From Fonticula-like sp. SCN 57-25 (lineage: Eukaryota), in contig MEDX01000101.1 in the NCBI GenBank assembly GCA_001724245.1, forward strand, positions 1 through 32,191: a DNA stretch of 32,191 nucleotides, given 5' to 3'. Below are positions 1 through 17,014 of this stretch, piece by piece. Below the pieces are notes generated by a model. That model was not told where the DNA came from. It worked only from the letters and a program-made list of their open reading frames with translations, and ran no database searches. The position numbers and the translations under genes were made by a program. Numbering within the stretch: the first letter of the stretch is position 1; every line of letters starts with the position of its first letter.

Positions 1-88
1 TGTTTGTTGGCATGTTTCGGCAATGTTAAGTTTGCAAAATCGCATGCGTTTACGCATTTCCTAATTTGGTTCGAATCGTGGACAACAG

Positions 89-872
89 AGGCGTTCTGAA
101 GCGGACGAAGCGCGACAGGGGCGCCGACACGCCTGATGCTGCTGCTGCTTCGGCGGCGGTGGAAAAGAAGACGAAAAAGGCCAAGGAGGAGGTGAAGGAG
201 AATATGAGGGAAGGCGAGACGCGGTATTGGCTGATCAAGAGCGAGCCTGATGTCCGGTATGATTAGGATTCGGTCGTGGGGGATCCTGACGATTTGTTCA
301 TGTGCAGCATTGAAAAGGGGCACAAGGTGAGCTGCAGCATCGACGAGATGGAGTCGCAGCGCATTGTACCCTGGGAAGGCGTCGTACGCCATCATCATCA
401 TCTTTGTCTTGTTCTAACCCATCTTTTTCAGCGCAACATGGAGGCATCAAAGCACATGCGCGAGGGCATGCGCATCGGCGATCTCGCCCTCTTCTACCAC
501 TCGAGCTGCAAGATCCCCGGCGCCGTCGGCGTTGTGCGCGTCTGCTCTGCAGCCTACGCGGACCCGACGCAGTTTGATCCCACAAGCCCATACTTTGATC
601 CCCGATCCAAGGATGCCAAGGCCGATGCTGATGGCAAGTCTGAATCTGCTGATGCCGATGCCGATGTCGGCAAGAAAAGGGCGAGATTCATGCTTGTTGA
701 CTTTGAGTTTGTGCGTCGCTTCAAGAGGATTGTGTCGCTGAATGAGATCAGGGAGACGAAGGAGCTGGCGGGGATGGTGCTGCTGAAGAGGATGCGGCTG
801 TCGGTGCAGCCAGTGGAGAAGGAGGCATTCGAGATGATTTGTGAAATGGGTGATACTGACAAGCAGGAATAG
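89..872 (+). CDS. THYN1: EVE-domain protein (THYN1-like), 5' end probably outside the window; introns 257-307 and 384-431
   Basis: Spliced translation gives RYWLIKSEPDVR, WEGVRNMEA..HMR.GMRIGDLALFYHSSCKIPG, AYADPTQFDP..PYFDP and VLLKRMRLSVQPV, all hallmark EVE/Thy28 motifs. GT-AG junctions restore the frame. The start is uncertain (acceptor near 88, or ATG at 204). Confidence 0.9.
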
Positions 873-924
873 CGAAAAGCGAGTTTTTTAGAATAATTGA
901 AAGGGAATTGAACGAAATTCAACA

Positions 925-957
925 AGAATTGGACGAGAATTGGACTAGAATTGGACG
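925..957. repeat. Short tandem repeat, 11-mer AGAATTGGAC(G/T) x3, in the EVE 3' flank
   Basis: Read directly: agaattggacg agaattggact agaattggacg. Confidence 0.75.
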
Positions 958-1269
958 ATTTTTTGTTTGTTGATCATGATCGCCATCAAGATGTGCGTCA
1001 TTTGTAAAGTAAAAGAGTGTGTAACAGTAATAAAAGAGTGAATTTTCGTATCATTTTCTGCTGTTTTGTCATCGTAAAATCACATTTTAATCTCTTATCG
1101 TGATCATCCACGTAGTGAATCATGATCACGATCATGATCATGGTAAGCAGTTTTGATCTCGAAACCGATCAAGTGAGTAAAAGTAAGCCAAGAAACAAAG
1201 AACGGTTTTATATCATTTTTTGTTCATTTTTACACAAACATTCTTTCCTTCTTTCTCCACTTTGCTAAA

Positions 1270-1806
1270 TCAACCCCGGCGCTGCTGCTGCACCTGCTGC
1301 TGGAGCTTGACCGCCTCAGCCTGCCTCTTCTCCAGGTTGGCGTTCGTATCCGCGCCCGCCTTCTCTAACCGCGCCCTGTATCATCACACATCAGCACACA
1401 CGACATCAGGCAAAGATCCTGTCAATGCGCACATTTCGCCCTTGATGAACTCGATGCGCTTGCTCACATTCTGCTTGGCCTCGACCGTGTCCTGCTTGAC
1501 GAGAACGGGGCCGACGAGCTTGTAGATGACGGCGTCGTCCTTGAGCGACTCGAATTCCTAGCGAGAAAGAAGGGGATGTCAGCATGGCGAGCGGGCATGG
1601 CGAGCGGGATCATGCCTTTTTGACGCTCTCATTCTCGTTGAGCTGGGCGCCGAGCTGCTGCTGGCTGTCAACAATGTTGCTCAAGTCTGTTCAAATAAAT
1701 AAATAAATATTTAAGAAGGAAAGGAAGAGTGGTGAAAGAGCGCACCATCCTGAAGCTTCTGGAGAGCCTGGACCTCCTCCTCGAGGCGGGCTTCGAGCGT
1801 GCTCAT
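1270..1806 (-). CDS. PFDN6: Prefoldin subunit 6 (beta type), 120 aa; introns 1687-1745, 1558-1615 (GC-AG), 1376-1432
   Basis: Not in the ORF track. Spliced: MSTLEARLEEEVQALQKLQDDLSNIVDSQQQLGAQLNENESVKKEFESLKDDAVIYKLVGPVLVKQDTVEAKQNVSKRIEFIKGEM..., with the characteristic QLxENxxV and YKLxGPVLVKQ motifs. Spliced length 363 nt. Confidence 0.93.
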
Positions 1807-2115
1807 CGGGGATGTCGCTGGCAGCGGCGGTGGACAAAGAGACACTGAAAAGTACAGTCAGCGTTACGGTAATCTTACGGATTGTATGGACCTGAGACGA
1901 TGATCTTGTTATTGGTATATGTATTATATGTGTGTGCAATTGTTAAAGTAAACTTTTCTTCTTATACACGTCAGACTGATATATATACTGCACATAATTT
2001 GATAGAGAGCTTACTCGACTTCTGATCATCTTGGCCTTGAAGATCGCCATTCTTTACCAATATTTACCGTAAAGATGTGTCACCATTTCATTCCGCGTTT
2101 GCCGGTCTCGTCGGG

Positions 2116-3018
2116 ATGACCTTCTCCGAGTCTGTATCGAGCGTGCTCGCCATGCTATCTGATCGCGGCGTGCGCGAGTCGTACTGGGAGCCCGACGACA
2201 ACTCTTCCTATTGCCGTCTTTGCGGCACATCATTCACTTTCTTCACTCGCCGGCATCATTGCCGCCGATGCCTGCGCCTCTTTTGCGGGAGCTGCTCCGC
2301 AAAGCGCGATCGCCTCGTCCTCTTTGGCTACCCGAGCGATCGCGTGCGCGTTTGCGACAAATGCCACACGGAAGCTTCTATTGAAAACACTTTTCAGGTT
2401 CATATTCCCTTTTCTTTTTGTGGTCGATCGTGTCTCACATTGCTTTGATTTTGGTCTTGTTTTGCAGGAGACGCATCTGGTGCTGCTCGTCAATGGCGGT
2501 GTTTTCCAAAAACACTCGAAAGGATCTCTCAAACCCGTGAGCCTGAGCCTCAGCACTGACCGCCACCGCCTCGAATGGCGCTCGATGGAGCTCGGCAAGG
2601 CGCCATCCTCATCATCAGGCCGCCTCAATCTCATCAACATTGGCGACATCACCTCAATCGAGATGGACGGCGGCGATGTCGGCGTCACCTTCCGCATCGT
2701 CTCGCCCGGCCAGTCGCTCACGCTCGACGCCGGCAGCAGCGAGCACCGCCTCAAGTGGGTCGCCGCGCTGCGCGAAGCAATGGTGATGCTCACACCCGAG
2801 CGGCTGCAGCAGGGCGATCCCGCATCCGACATTGTCCAGCAGCTCGCCATGGGTAAAATGGTACGGCCATGTGGACGGTAAAAGTCACGTGTTCACATTA
2901 GTTGTAGCTTCAGGGCGACCTGGCGGACGGCGGGCGGCCTTCAAGGAGATCGCGCGTCGCGGGCGAGCAGCAGGAAGAGGAGCGGCGCGAGGAGGCAAGG
3001 TTCAGCAGCATCTTTTGA
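2116..3018 (+). CDS. FYVE zinc finger + PH-like domain protein, about 261 aa; introns 2398-2467 and 2861-2907
   Basis: WEPDD...CRLC...FTFFTRRHHCRRCLRLFCGSCS...RVRVCDKC is a FYVE finger. Exon 2 (GGVFQKHSKG...LSLSTD...LTLDAGSSEHRLKWVAALRE) is PH-like. The last exon is less certain. Confidence 0.85.
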
Positions 3019-3494
3019 TTATGTGTAAGCATAGGGGGTGGTGAAATGTGACACCCCGAGGGCATTCGGGGGGTGGGCACGGGTGTACACCCGGGCAGTG
3101 TACTTTTATGAGGCGTTGTACTCTATCAGCAGGTCTAGAATAGTACAGTTGCATAACAAAATGAGGCTGATTTCACACATGAATCTGGGGCAGATTGATA
3201 TTTAACAGGGGTGGATTCCACCCCATAATCATGGGTGGATTCATGGTTGTGAGCCTCTTTGCGACACTTACAATGCCTATCAATGCGATATCAACTATCA
3301 AATAGGCAGCATATCCTACATTTCAATTCACTACAGCAGTGCCACAGCATTGTATAATTATATATATAATTATTACTCTGTATTGAAAAAGGTCTCTCGA
3401 CTGTCTGGGTACAAAACAATGTCCACCATATCCAACAACACTGCCACAACCATGTGGCCCAATCCCAATTCGTGTTCATATCTTACATGCCCAT

Positions 3495-5672
3495 CTACGA
3501 TCTCAGGCTATTGACGATCTCGCTCAACTGCCTACCCTTTGTCTCTGGAATGTACCTAATTGTGAACGCGAGCGCCCCCATGAGGATCACGGCGAACGGC
3601 AGAAAAGAGTAGCTACCCAGCCCCTCATTCATGAACGGGAAAAGCTGCGCGATCGCAAAGTTGCACGCCCAATTGAACGGCATCGCAATGGACGCAGCTG
3701 ATTGGTGGATAAATCGGGTATGGATCGTTAATTATACGAATGGACCAATCAGAGATGAGAATAGCGAACCTGCGCCGACGGATGTCGTCGGAAAGATCTC
3801 GGAGATGATGAGGAAGGGGATCGGGCCGAGGCCGATAGCAAATGAGGAAACAAAGAGGTAAATGCAGGCGAGCTGCAGCCCGACAATGTTGAGCTCGAGA
3901 GAAAGAACCATAAGGCACGAAAAGGTGATCATGCCAACTTGGCCGCTAGGAAGATGAGATGGATCAGTAAGGGTATATGGTGGGAATACAAAAGAGAGTG
4001 ACAAAACTAATACTCTAAATGAAGCATATTTATACACAATATGACATAAATATAGACAATATGGTCAATAATAAAGAGACAGTATTGATAAAAGTACATA
4101 CACGATCCTTAGTAAGTATCCAAAAGTGAAACCATTTCAGACATCATGATCAGAAAAGAAGTCAAAAGTGATACAAATACAGAAAATATGACCATAATAA
4201 CTAATTTTCAAACATACATAAAAAGCAATAATATAATCAAATTTACGCTCTTTTCGCCCCCTTTTACCCTTCTTTTCCCTTCTACGTACATCAATAGAAG
4301 AGCCCTACGCCCCGCACGGTCCATCAAAAACACACTCACAATCGTCAGCACCACATTCAACGCCCCAATCGTCACAGTGATGACGTCAGCAGATTCCGGA
4401 AAAGACGATTCCAGAATGCTCGTCGAATAATAAAAAACGGCGTTAATTCCCGACAGCTGCTGCGTGCACTGCAGCACGATCGCGATCACGAGCGGAAGTC
4501 GAAGCGAGCGATCTTTGACCAGCTGGATGGCGGACTGACTAGTTTCGGAGGAGGAAGTGCTGGAGGCTTCCATGAGTTGGAGCTCGTCGGAGACGTCGGG
4601 GCGGCCGCGGAGGCGGCGGAGCACTTTTTCAGCATCATCTTGTTTGCCGCGAAGGAAGAGGAACTAAAGAGGGGGTTAGAAAAAGTGGAGAACGTGAAGG
4701 AAAATGTGGCAAAAGTAAAGAAAAAGTGCACAAAAAGTGGTCAAAAAGTGGTTAAAATGGTACAAAAGTGGTCAAAATGACACCGAAAGTGACACAAAAA
4801 ATGATCAAAATGATCTCAAAAAGATATCATCATAAAAAGCAACAAAACTACCATAAATTACCATAAAAACAACGCAAAAAGTAACAACAATGACCCAATT
4901 CCATTTCTCCTTTCGCACCCTTGGTGACTCTGGGCAGATGGGAAGGATGACGGTCTGCACGATGTCGAGGAACCCGACGATGCCGACGAGCCATCTCCAT
5001 TCCGGCACGTCCGACATGAACAGCCCGAGCACCTGCGACACCAAGATCCCCGTCGTGAGCGCGAGCTGAGTGAGCACGCCGATCGCTCCTCTCAAGTTGC
5101 TCGGCGAGATCTCGCCGAGATACAGCGGCACGACCACGGTGGCGATGCCCGCGCCGATGCCAATGAGCGTGCGGCCGAGGCCGAGCACCCACACGGATGG
5201 CGCGACGCTCATCAGGAGCGAGCCGAGGATGAAAAAGATGTTTGTGATGAGCATCGAGCCGCGGCGGCCGAGGCGATTGGCGAGCGATCCGCCCGTCATG
5301 CCGCCGACGAGGCCGCCAATGGAGAAGAGGCCGACGATGAAGCCCCACGTGCCGGAAGAGATCGAGAAGCAGGGAGGGAGAAGATAGTCGGCAGGGTCAT
5401 TCTGGCACGAGCGGATGACCTCTTCGGGGCTGTTGAGCACGCCAGCAGCGTAGCCATAGTTGAACGGGCCAATGACCGACACGGCTACCAATGCGGGGCG
5501 ACATCAATTAAGGGCAAACATGGGCAAAAAGGAAATCGAGGTACATACCGCAGATCCACATGAGATACGGCGTCATGACACCAGTGGGAGCATCTCGCGC
5601 TTTGACGTGGTTTATTAGCGGAGACGAGTCGGTCATGTGCTCGTCGGCAGATCTTTCGTCAGAGAACGGCAT
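3495..5672 (-). CDS. MFS sugar porter (GLUT/SLC2A-like), 480 aa; introns 5485-5548, 4664-4918, 3946-4289, 3698-3769
   Basis: Motifs LGRRG, PLYLGEISP..LRG, PESPRFL, QQLSGINAVFYYS, DRAGRR, GLGPIPF..SEIFP and PETKG. Spliced length 1443 nt. Confidence 0.95.
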
Positions 5673-6016
5673 GGGCCAAGTGCGGCGGCCTCGTAACAGA
5701 AGCCGATCGACCACCAAGCAGATAGTCTGCCCCAGATTCTGGGGTGCAAACTGGTGAGTTTGCAATAAACATGACGTGGTTCGCGCTAATCATAAAGTAC
5801 CAGGTAGAAAGCCATATTGAAAAAGAAGAAAAAATGGATTTTTATGCTGCTACAAGCTGCTTTATACTATTATACTACTGTATTTCCTTCATTTTTTCTA
5901 TTTTCTTTTACCATTACTGCCACTTATGCTTGCTCAACGTCAATGGCAAAAAAGATGACGTATCAAAATCAGAGTCTGCCCCAGACTTCAAATCTGGATT
6001 CGTTGGTCTTCTGTCG

Positions 6017-6259
6017 GTGAGTTCCCCCCGCGGCGCGTACCGGTCTGCCAGCGCCGCTGTAAAGAGTCGTCGGGCGTAGTGACGCCGTATTTATCGGGGG
6101 GTGCGTACCGTCTCTTAGTGTTCGCTAAAGCTTGGTATTGTTGGTCTTGAAGTGGAATAATTTTTGTGAGAGGGCGGGTCGGGTTTCCGTTGGTCTTTGT
6201 TTTTCCCTTTGCAAATGGTGAATCTGCAGTCTGACTAATCCCGATGCCGTTTGAAACAG
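6017..6259 (+). other. Putative 5'-UTR intron of the Rsp5/NEDD4 gene
   Basis: GTGAGT donor at 6017, branch-like GACTAAT at 6233-6239, and CAG acceptor at 6257-6259, 14 nt before ATG 6274. Confidence 0.55.
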
Positions 6260-6273
6260 CCCAGTTCCTTCCA

Positions 6274-12048
<5,775 letters not shown>

Positions 12049-12558
12049 GAGAGAGGAAAAAGTGGACTTTAAGGGTGAGAAAGTGCTTTGTAAGCGGTTT
12101 TTTTGTGGTTTTTTATGGTTTTTTTGGGGGGTTTTAATGATCGGGCCTCGAGATTGGAATCGCCATTGGCATGTGCGACATCAGAATGAGGAATGCTGCA
12201 AGAGATTTTCGAGTTAGTTTTTTTTTAATTTTTTCGTTTATTAATTCTCGTATGTTTTTATTCGCCCCGTAGTGGCGCGCAGGGAGAGATAGAATACAAT
12301 GCCATTTTCTAATTTATGTGACATTTAGCAGATAAAGTGCATGGCAGATCACGCACTTTATGACAGGAGAGCTTGATCAGATTTCGTCTCAAAAGCATAA
12401 TTTGGCCAAATATGATTTGTCATATAAATCATGATCAAACCAGTTTGATTTGAGACGAAACGCCCCATTCACTTCAAAGCCAGCGGGTTGCATCCTGCTG
12501 CTGTCCCGTGAGACTGATCAGCCTGCGGTGCTTCCGTGGCCTTTCGTTGCGGAAACCA

Positions 12559-13366
12559 ATGTCAGCAGCCGCACAGGCCGCGCAGGCGAGCGGCGCCCCC
12601 TCCATTCCCGTCCTCACGGTACGAATCAAGTTGGTATTGGCCATGTGTCTCATGTCCATGGTAGGCGATGGTGCGCTCGGCGGTCGATGGCGATGCGCAG
12701 TCGCCGACGCTGACGCTTGACTACTGCCGCCCCGAATGGACGTACACCACCCTGACACGCGATCTCGCGCGCGTGTACGCCGTCGCCGGCAAGCATCTCG
12801 AGTCGATCGGCCTCCCATTCCTTCCCTTTTGCGCTCGCTACTCCCCGATCCCCGCCGCCTTTGTGGGATCCCACTCGAGCGTCGTCCTCGGCGGCACCTT
12901 TGATCATCTCCACGCCGGCCACCGCCTCCTCCTCACCGCCTCCTCCCTCCTCGCGCGCGATCGCCTCGTCATCGGCCTGACCGGCACTGCCATGCTCGCC
13001 CGCAAATCGCGCGGCGATCTCGTCGAGTCCTTTGCCGATCGCGAGGCCGGGATCCGCAACTTTGTTTCGTTCGTGCGCCCCGGCCTCACTGTCGAGGTGC
13101 ACGAGCTGCACGACGCGTTCGGGCCGTCGGTCGAGGACGATGCGCTCACGGCCATCGTCGTGTCGCGCGAGACATCGGGCGGCGGATCGGCCGTCAACGA
13201 TGAGAGGGCGAGGAGAGGGATGAGCGTGCTCGAGGTGTTTACGGTGCCGCTCGTGCCGCCGCCAGATACTTTTGAGGAGGAACCGGACTTGGATTCAATG
13301 GTAAAGGTGTCAAGCACCGCCATCAGGGAGCGCATCGCAGCTGCAAAGGCAAAGGAGGTAAAGTAA
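12559..13366 (+). CDS. Phosphopantetheine adenylyltransferase (Cab4/COASY PPAT-domain type, no dephospho-CoA kinase domain), about 253 aa; intron 12619-12664
   Basis: VLGGTFDHLHAGH (HxGH nucleotidyltransferase motif), L.DAFGP, AIVVSRET..GG.AVN..R and KVSSTAIR. The start codon is less certain. Confidence 0.9.
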
Positions 13367-13623
13367 TTTTAGTGTATATTAAAGAAAAGAATATATTGAT
13401 AATTGGATGGATATTTGAACAGTAATGAGATAATTACATGCTTTTTAAATGATATTTAAACGAAATTTGGTACATTTTAGTTTTAGATATATTTTTTTTC
13501 GACATTTTTTCGCATTTTTTGCACATTTTTCATCGTAAATCTGAATCATATATTGTGACGGCCATACTAAAATACTCAAATCTGACTACAAACTAACTTT
13601 CCACGTGGCCCTGTAACTACCTC

Positions 13624-16379
13624 CTAAACGATAACGGTAACGGCGGCATTTCTCGCATTCGCCGCATTTCCCGCCACATTCTGCTGCTGCATTTGCTTCT
13701 TGCTCGGCCCCTTGCACTTTTTGCACGTGGCCCCACAGTGCCTACACGCATTCCTCTGCTGATCAATAACATACTGCTCGGCGATGCTGCTGATCTTTGC
13801 ATAAAGCTGCTCGTTAATCCCCTGCATGCGCTCTGCGCGCTCCTCAGCCGCCTTGAGCCTCACAAACATATTGTCATGAAGCGCAGCAAATGATTCGCTC
13901 AGGCGCTTGACGCGCATCACCGGATCCTCGAGCGCCGCCATCATCTGGAGCGATCGCTGCGCTTCGGCAACTTCGCGCTCAAGCTGCTTCACGGCACGTG
14001 CCTGGTCACGTGCACGCTTGTCGTCGGTCTTTTTTCCCGCCTTTTTTCCCATCTTGTTCCCGGGCCGCTGCATCATCATCTCATCGTCCGACTCGACCAT
14101 CTCGTCGGTTTCGTCGGTTTCGTCGGTTTCATCGTCGGTTTCATCGAGCGCGAACCTGACCGACGGCGATGCCGCGATCGCCGCCGCGCCGGTCACGATC
14201 GGCCTCGCGATCGGGTTCTCGAGCCTCGCCGTCATAATTTTCTCCATTTCCGCGAGCGCGTCCACGTGCTCGCGCGGCGGCCACTCCACTCCAATCCCCC
14301 TCAGCGTCTGCTCGAGCAGCGCGTTCGCCTCCCTGCGCTCCGCCTGCGCCGCATCCGCCGCATCCGCAGCCGATCCCGATTGTTCCGGGTCACGTGACGC
14401 AGCATCCGCCGCCACCCTTGCCTGCTCCGCGGCAAGATCGACTCGATCTTGCTGCTCGGCGATCGCCACGAGCGCGTCCAAAAGCCTGTTCTTGCGACCA
14501 CTTCCCGGTCCAGCGAGTCGATCTTGCAGCTCGTTGATGCGATCTGCTTCGCGGTTGTGCTTTTGGATGAGGTCGAGGCTTTCTGCGTCTTTGCGTTCGA
14601 TCTCGGATTTGAGCTGGGCCATGAGCTCTTGGGATTCGAGGAGGAGGTTGCGGTAGCGGTCGATCGTGGCAGAGTCTTGGATGGCTTGCTCTTCCTGAGG
14701 GAATGTTAGTGAAGGAAGGAAAGAAGGAGGGAACGAGAGATAGAAGGAAGGAGAAGAGAGGTATAGATATAGGTATAGATATAGATAGACATATACATAC
14801 ATGATCACATACAGATACAGATACAGATACACATACAGATACATATACATATACTCATACCCATACTCATACCCATACTCATACATGTACAGATACAGAT
14901 ACAGGTACAGATACCGACACATGTACATGTACATATACAGATATAGATAGACATACCCATACATATACCCATACAGATACACGTACACATACACATACAG
15001 ATATACATACAGATACATGATCACATACATGATCACATACAGACACAGATACAGATACAGATACACATATGCATACACATACACATACACATACACAAAC
15101 TCATACACATACATGTACATATACACATATTCATGATCATACCCATACAGATACACAATGTCATACTACACATACATACACATATACATATACATATACA
15201 TATACAGATACATACACTACCATCATACTCATACCTATACCCATACTCATACTCATTCCCAAATTATATCATCCCTATCTACCCCCCCTTTCCTCTCCTT
15301 CTACGTACGAGACTCTCACACTGATTGGTCAACCTCCCCAACAAATCCCCATAATCCTTATACACGCTATTCAGCGCATTATCCCCCTCATCCAGCTTCC
15401 TTCCCGCCTGCGTCAGCTGATGCTTGAGCAGATTAATCACCCCCTGAAGCTGCTCCAGCTCCTCGTCCGTCGGCAGCCTCATACCCAAATGCTTATTAAA
15501 AAGGTGCGCAAGAAAGGCCACGTTGAGATCGCGCCGCTTATTCTTGAGGTTTTCCGCGGTAATGTACCTGCGGCAGCCGGCCATTGTCGCGCACTTTAGC
15601 AGTGCTTTGTAGCGCTTTTCGACGTCGTCTTGCTCGAGCGCGCTCTTAATAAGCGGCAAATCGACCGACAGCGGCGCCACACGCCTAAGCAATCTCAATA
15701 TAACTTCGCCGTCCTCGAGGTCTTCGGCAAAGTTGGTGAGGCGGCGGTCAGTGCCGTCGCGCTTGATGTGGTAGTTTACCCAGCGCGTGAGGATGACTTC
15801 GGGGCCGAGCTCGCACAGCTGCTGCACGCCTTCGCGCTCTTCGAGCAGGTACACGAGCTCGGGGTGGCCGCTGACGCCGACGTTCGCGAGAAGGTAGGCG
15901 CGCATGATGTGCCAGAGGAGGCCGAGGACGATCTTGCGGTTGGCGTGGATGATGTCAAAGGGGCCGCAGTTGGTCATGCGCAGGCCGAGCTTGCCGACGC
16001 CTTCGAGCACGCGGTTAACGTTGCTGGTCGCGTCAAAGACGGCGCGCGCAGAGTTGGGCAGCGCGGCGGGGGGGGGTTGCTGGAAGGAGCTCGAGCCGTT
16101 GCCGGTGGGGGGTTTAACTGCGGCGCGCTGGGCGCGGAGGGCGGCGTGGTCAATGTTGGTGTGCATCTTGCTGATGTCGACGGAGCCGGATTTGACGGCG
16201 TTGACGAATTTGGCGAGGATGAGGCCGTCGATGCAGGCTTCGACGAGCGTGTTGCCGGCGAGAGGGAGGAGATGGCGGACATGCTTGTCTTCGGCCAAGA
16301 GCTCATTGAGCTCATCGACAATCGCCTGGCATTCGGCGTCTTCGTCGCGAAAGTAGCTGCCCGTTTCAAGCTGCACCAT
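13624..16379 (-). CDS. Fimbrin/plastin-type single actin-binding domain (CH-CH) fused to a long coiled coil and a C-terminal CxxC-xxx-CxxC motif, 713 aa; intron 14695-15308
   Basis: DGLILAKFVN, NVNRVL...LG..TNCG..DI.....IVLGLLWHI, HPELVYLL...E....L..LGPEVIL.RWVNYH, TNFAEDLEDG and DLNVAFLAHLFN correspond to fimbrin ABD1. Exon 2 is heptad-rich and ends ACRHCGATCKKCKG. Spliced length 2142 nt. Confidence 0.85.
14760..15255. repeat. Intronic hexamer microsatellite (ATACAC/ATACAG/ATACTC/ATACCC)n
   Basis: Read directly; it produces the spurious MYLYVY and HTHTHT ORF segments. Confidence 0.9.
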
Positions 16380-17014
16380 GACGGGAAGAGATCGGATCGG
16401 CTGAGGAAGGACAAAGGCGGCTCAAGAGATGAAGAGTGAGGCTGAGGAAATGAGTCTGAAAGTGGGACAGAGAGATGGAAGAAGTGGTGAGAAATGGGCG
16501 AGCGAGCAGGATAATAGACGCACAACCCCTCAAAGTGGTGAGCAGAGAAAAACACCGCGCTGGAAAGGCGCCAGCAGTGGGCGCGAAGGGGCGCCCAGCG
16601 ATAGGCACCCCAGGACGTGCTGACGACATGCCGCGCGTTGATCCCAAAGAAAAAAAAGGGGGACATTGCCTGCATGTACAACGAACGGAGAATTGGAATA
16701 CATGGCGGCAAAAGACGGAGGCCGACACCGCCGCACTCCCTTTCTGTCACATCCTCGGCCGCCCCTTGGCCGCCGCTGTCACCGCAAAGGGGCGATTTCC
16801 GCGCGGGAAACAAACGCACAGTCAGCAAATACCACATTTACTCACGTGGCCATCCACGTGGCCAATATCAGTCGTGCGTCGCTGTCTTCGCCTGCCTGTG
16901 TACCGCGGGGCGGCTTGGGGACCACACGTGGCGCGGATCCCCCTTTCGAGGCCCTTTTCGCTGCTTTTGTTTCTTGATATTTTTTATCATTGTTTTTGAG
17001 AGTGTCTTTTGCGA

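Noticed and set aside
6244-6273. Upstream in-frame ATG for Rsp5 (MPFETAQFLP)
   Set aside because: It lies between a branch-like CTAAT and the CAG at 6257-6259, so it is probably intronic. ATG 6274 is preferred but this is not proven.
14695-15156. N-terminal 156 aa (MYLYGY...) of the 510-aa ORF 13624-15156
   Set aside because: A stop-free hexamer repeat inside intron 14695-15308. The real exon starts at 14694 after CTAAC...CAG.
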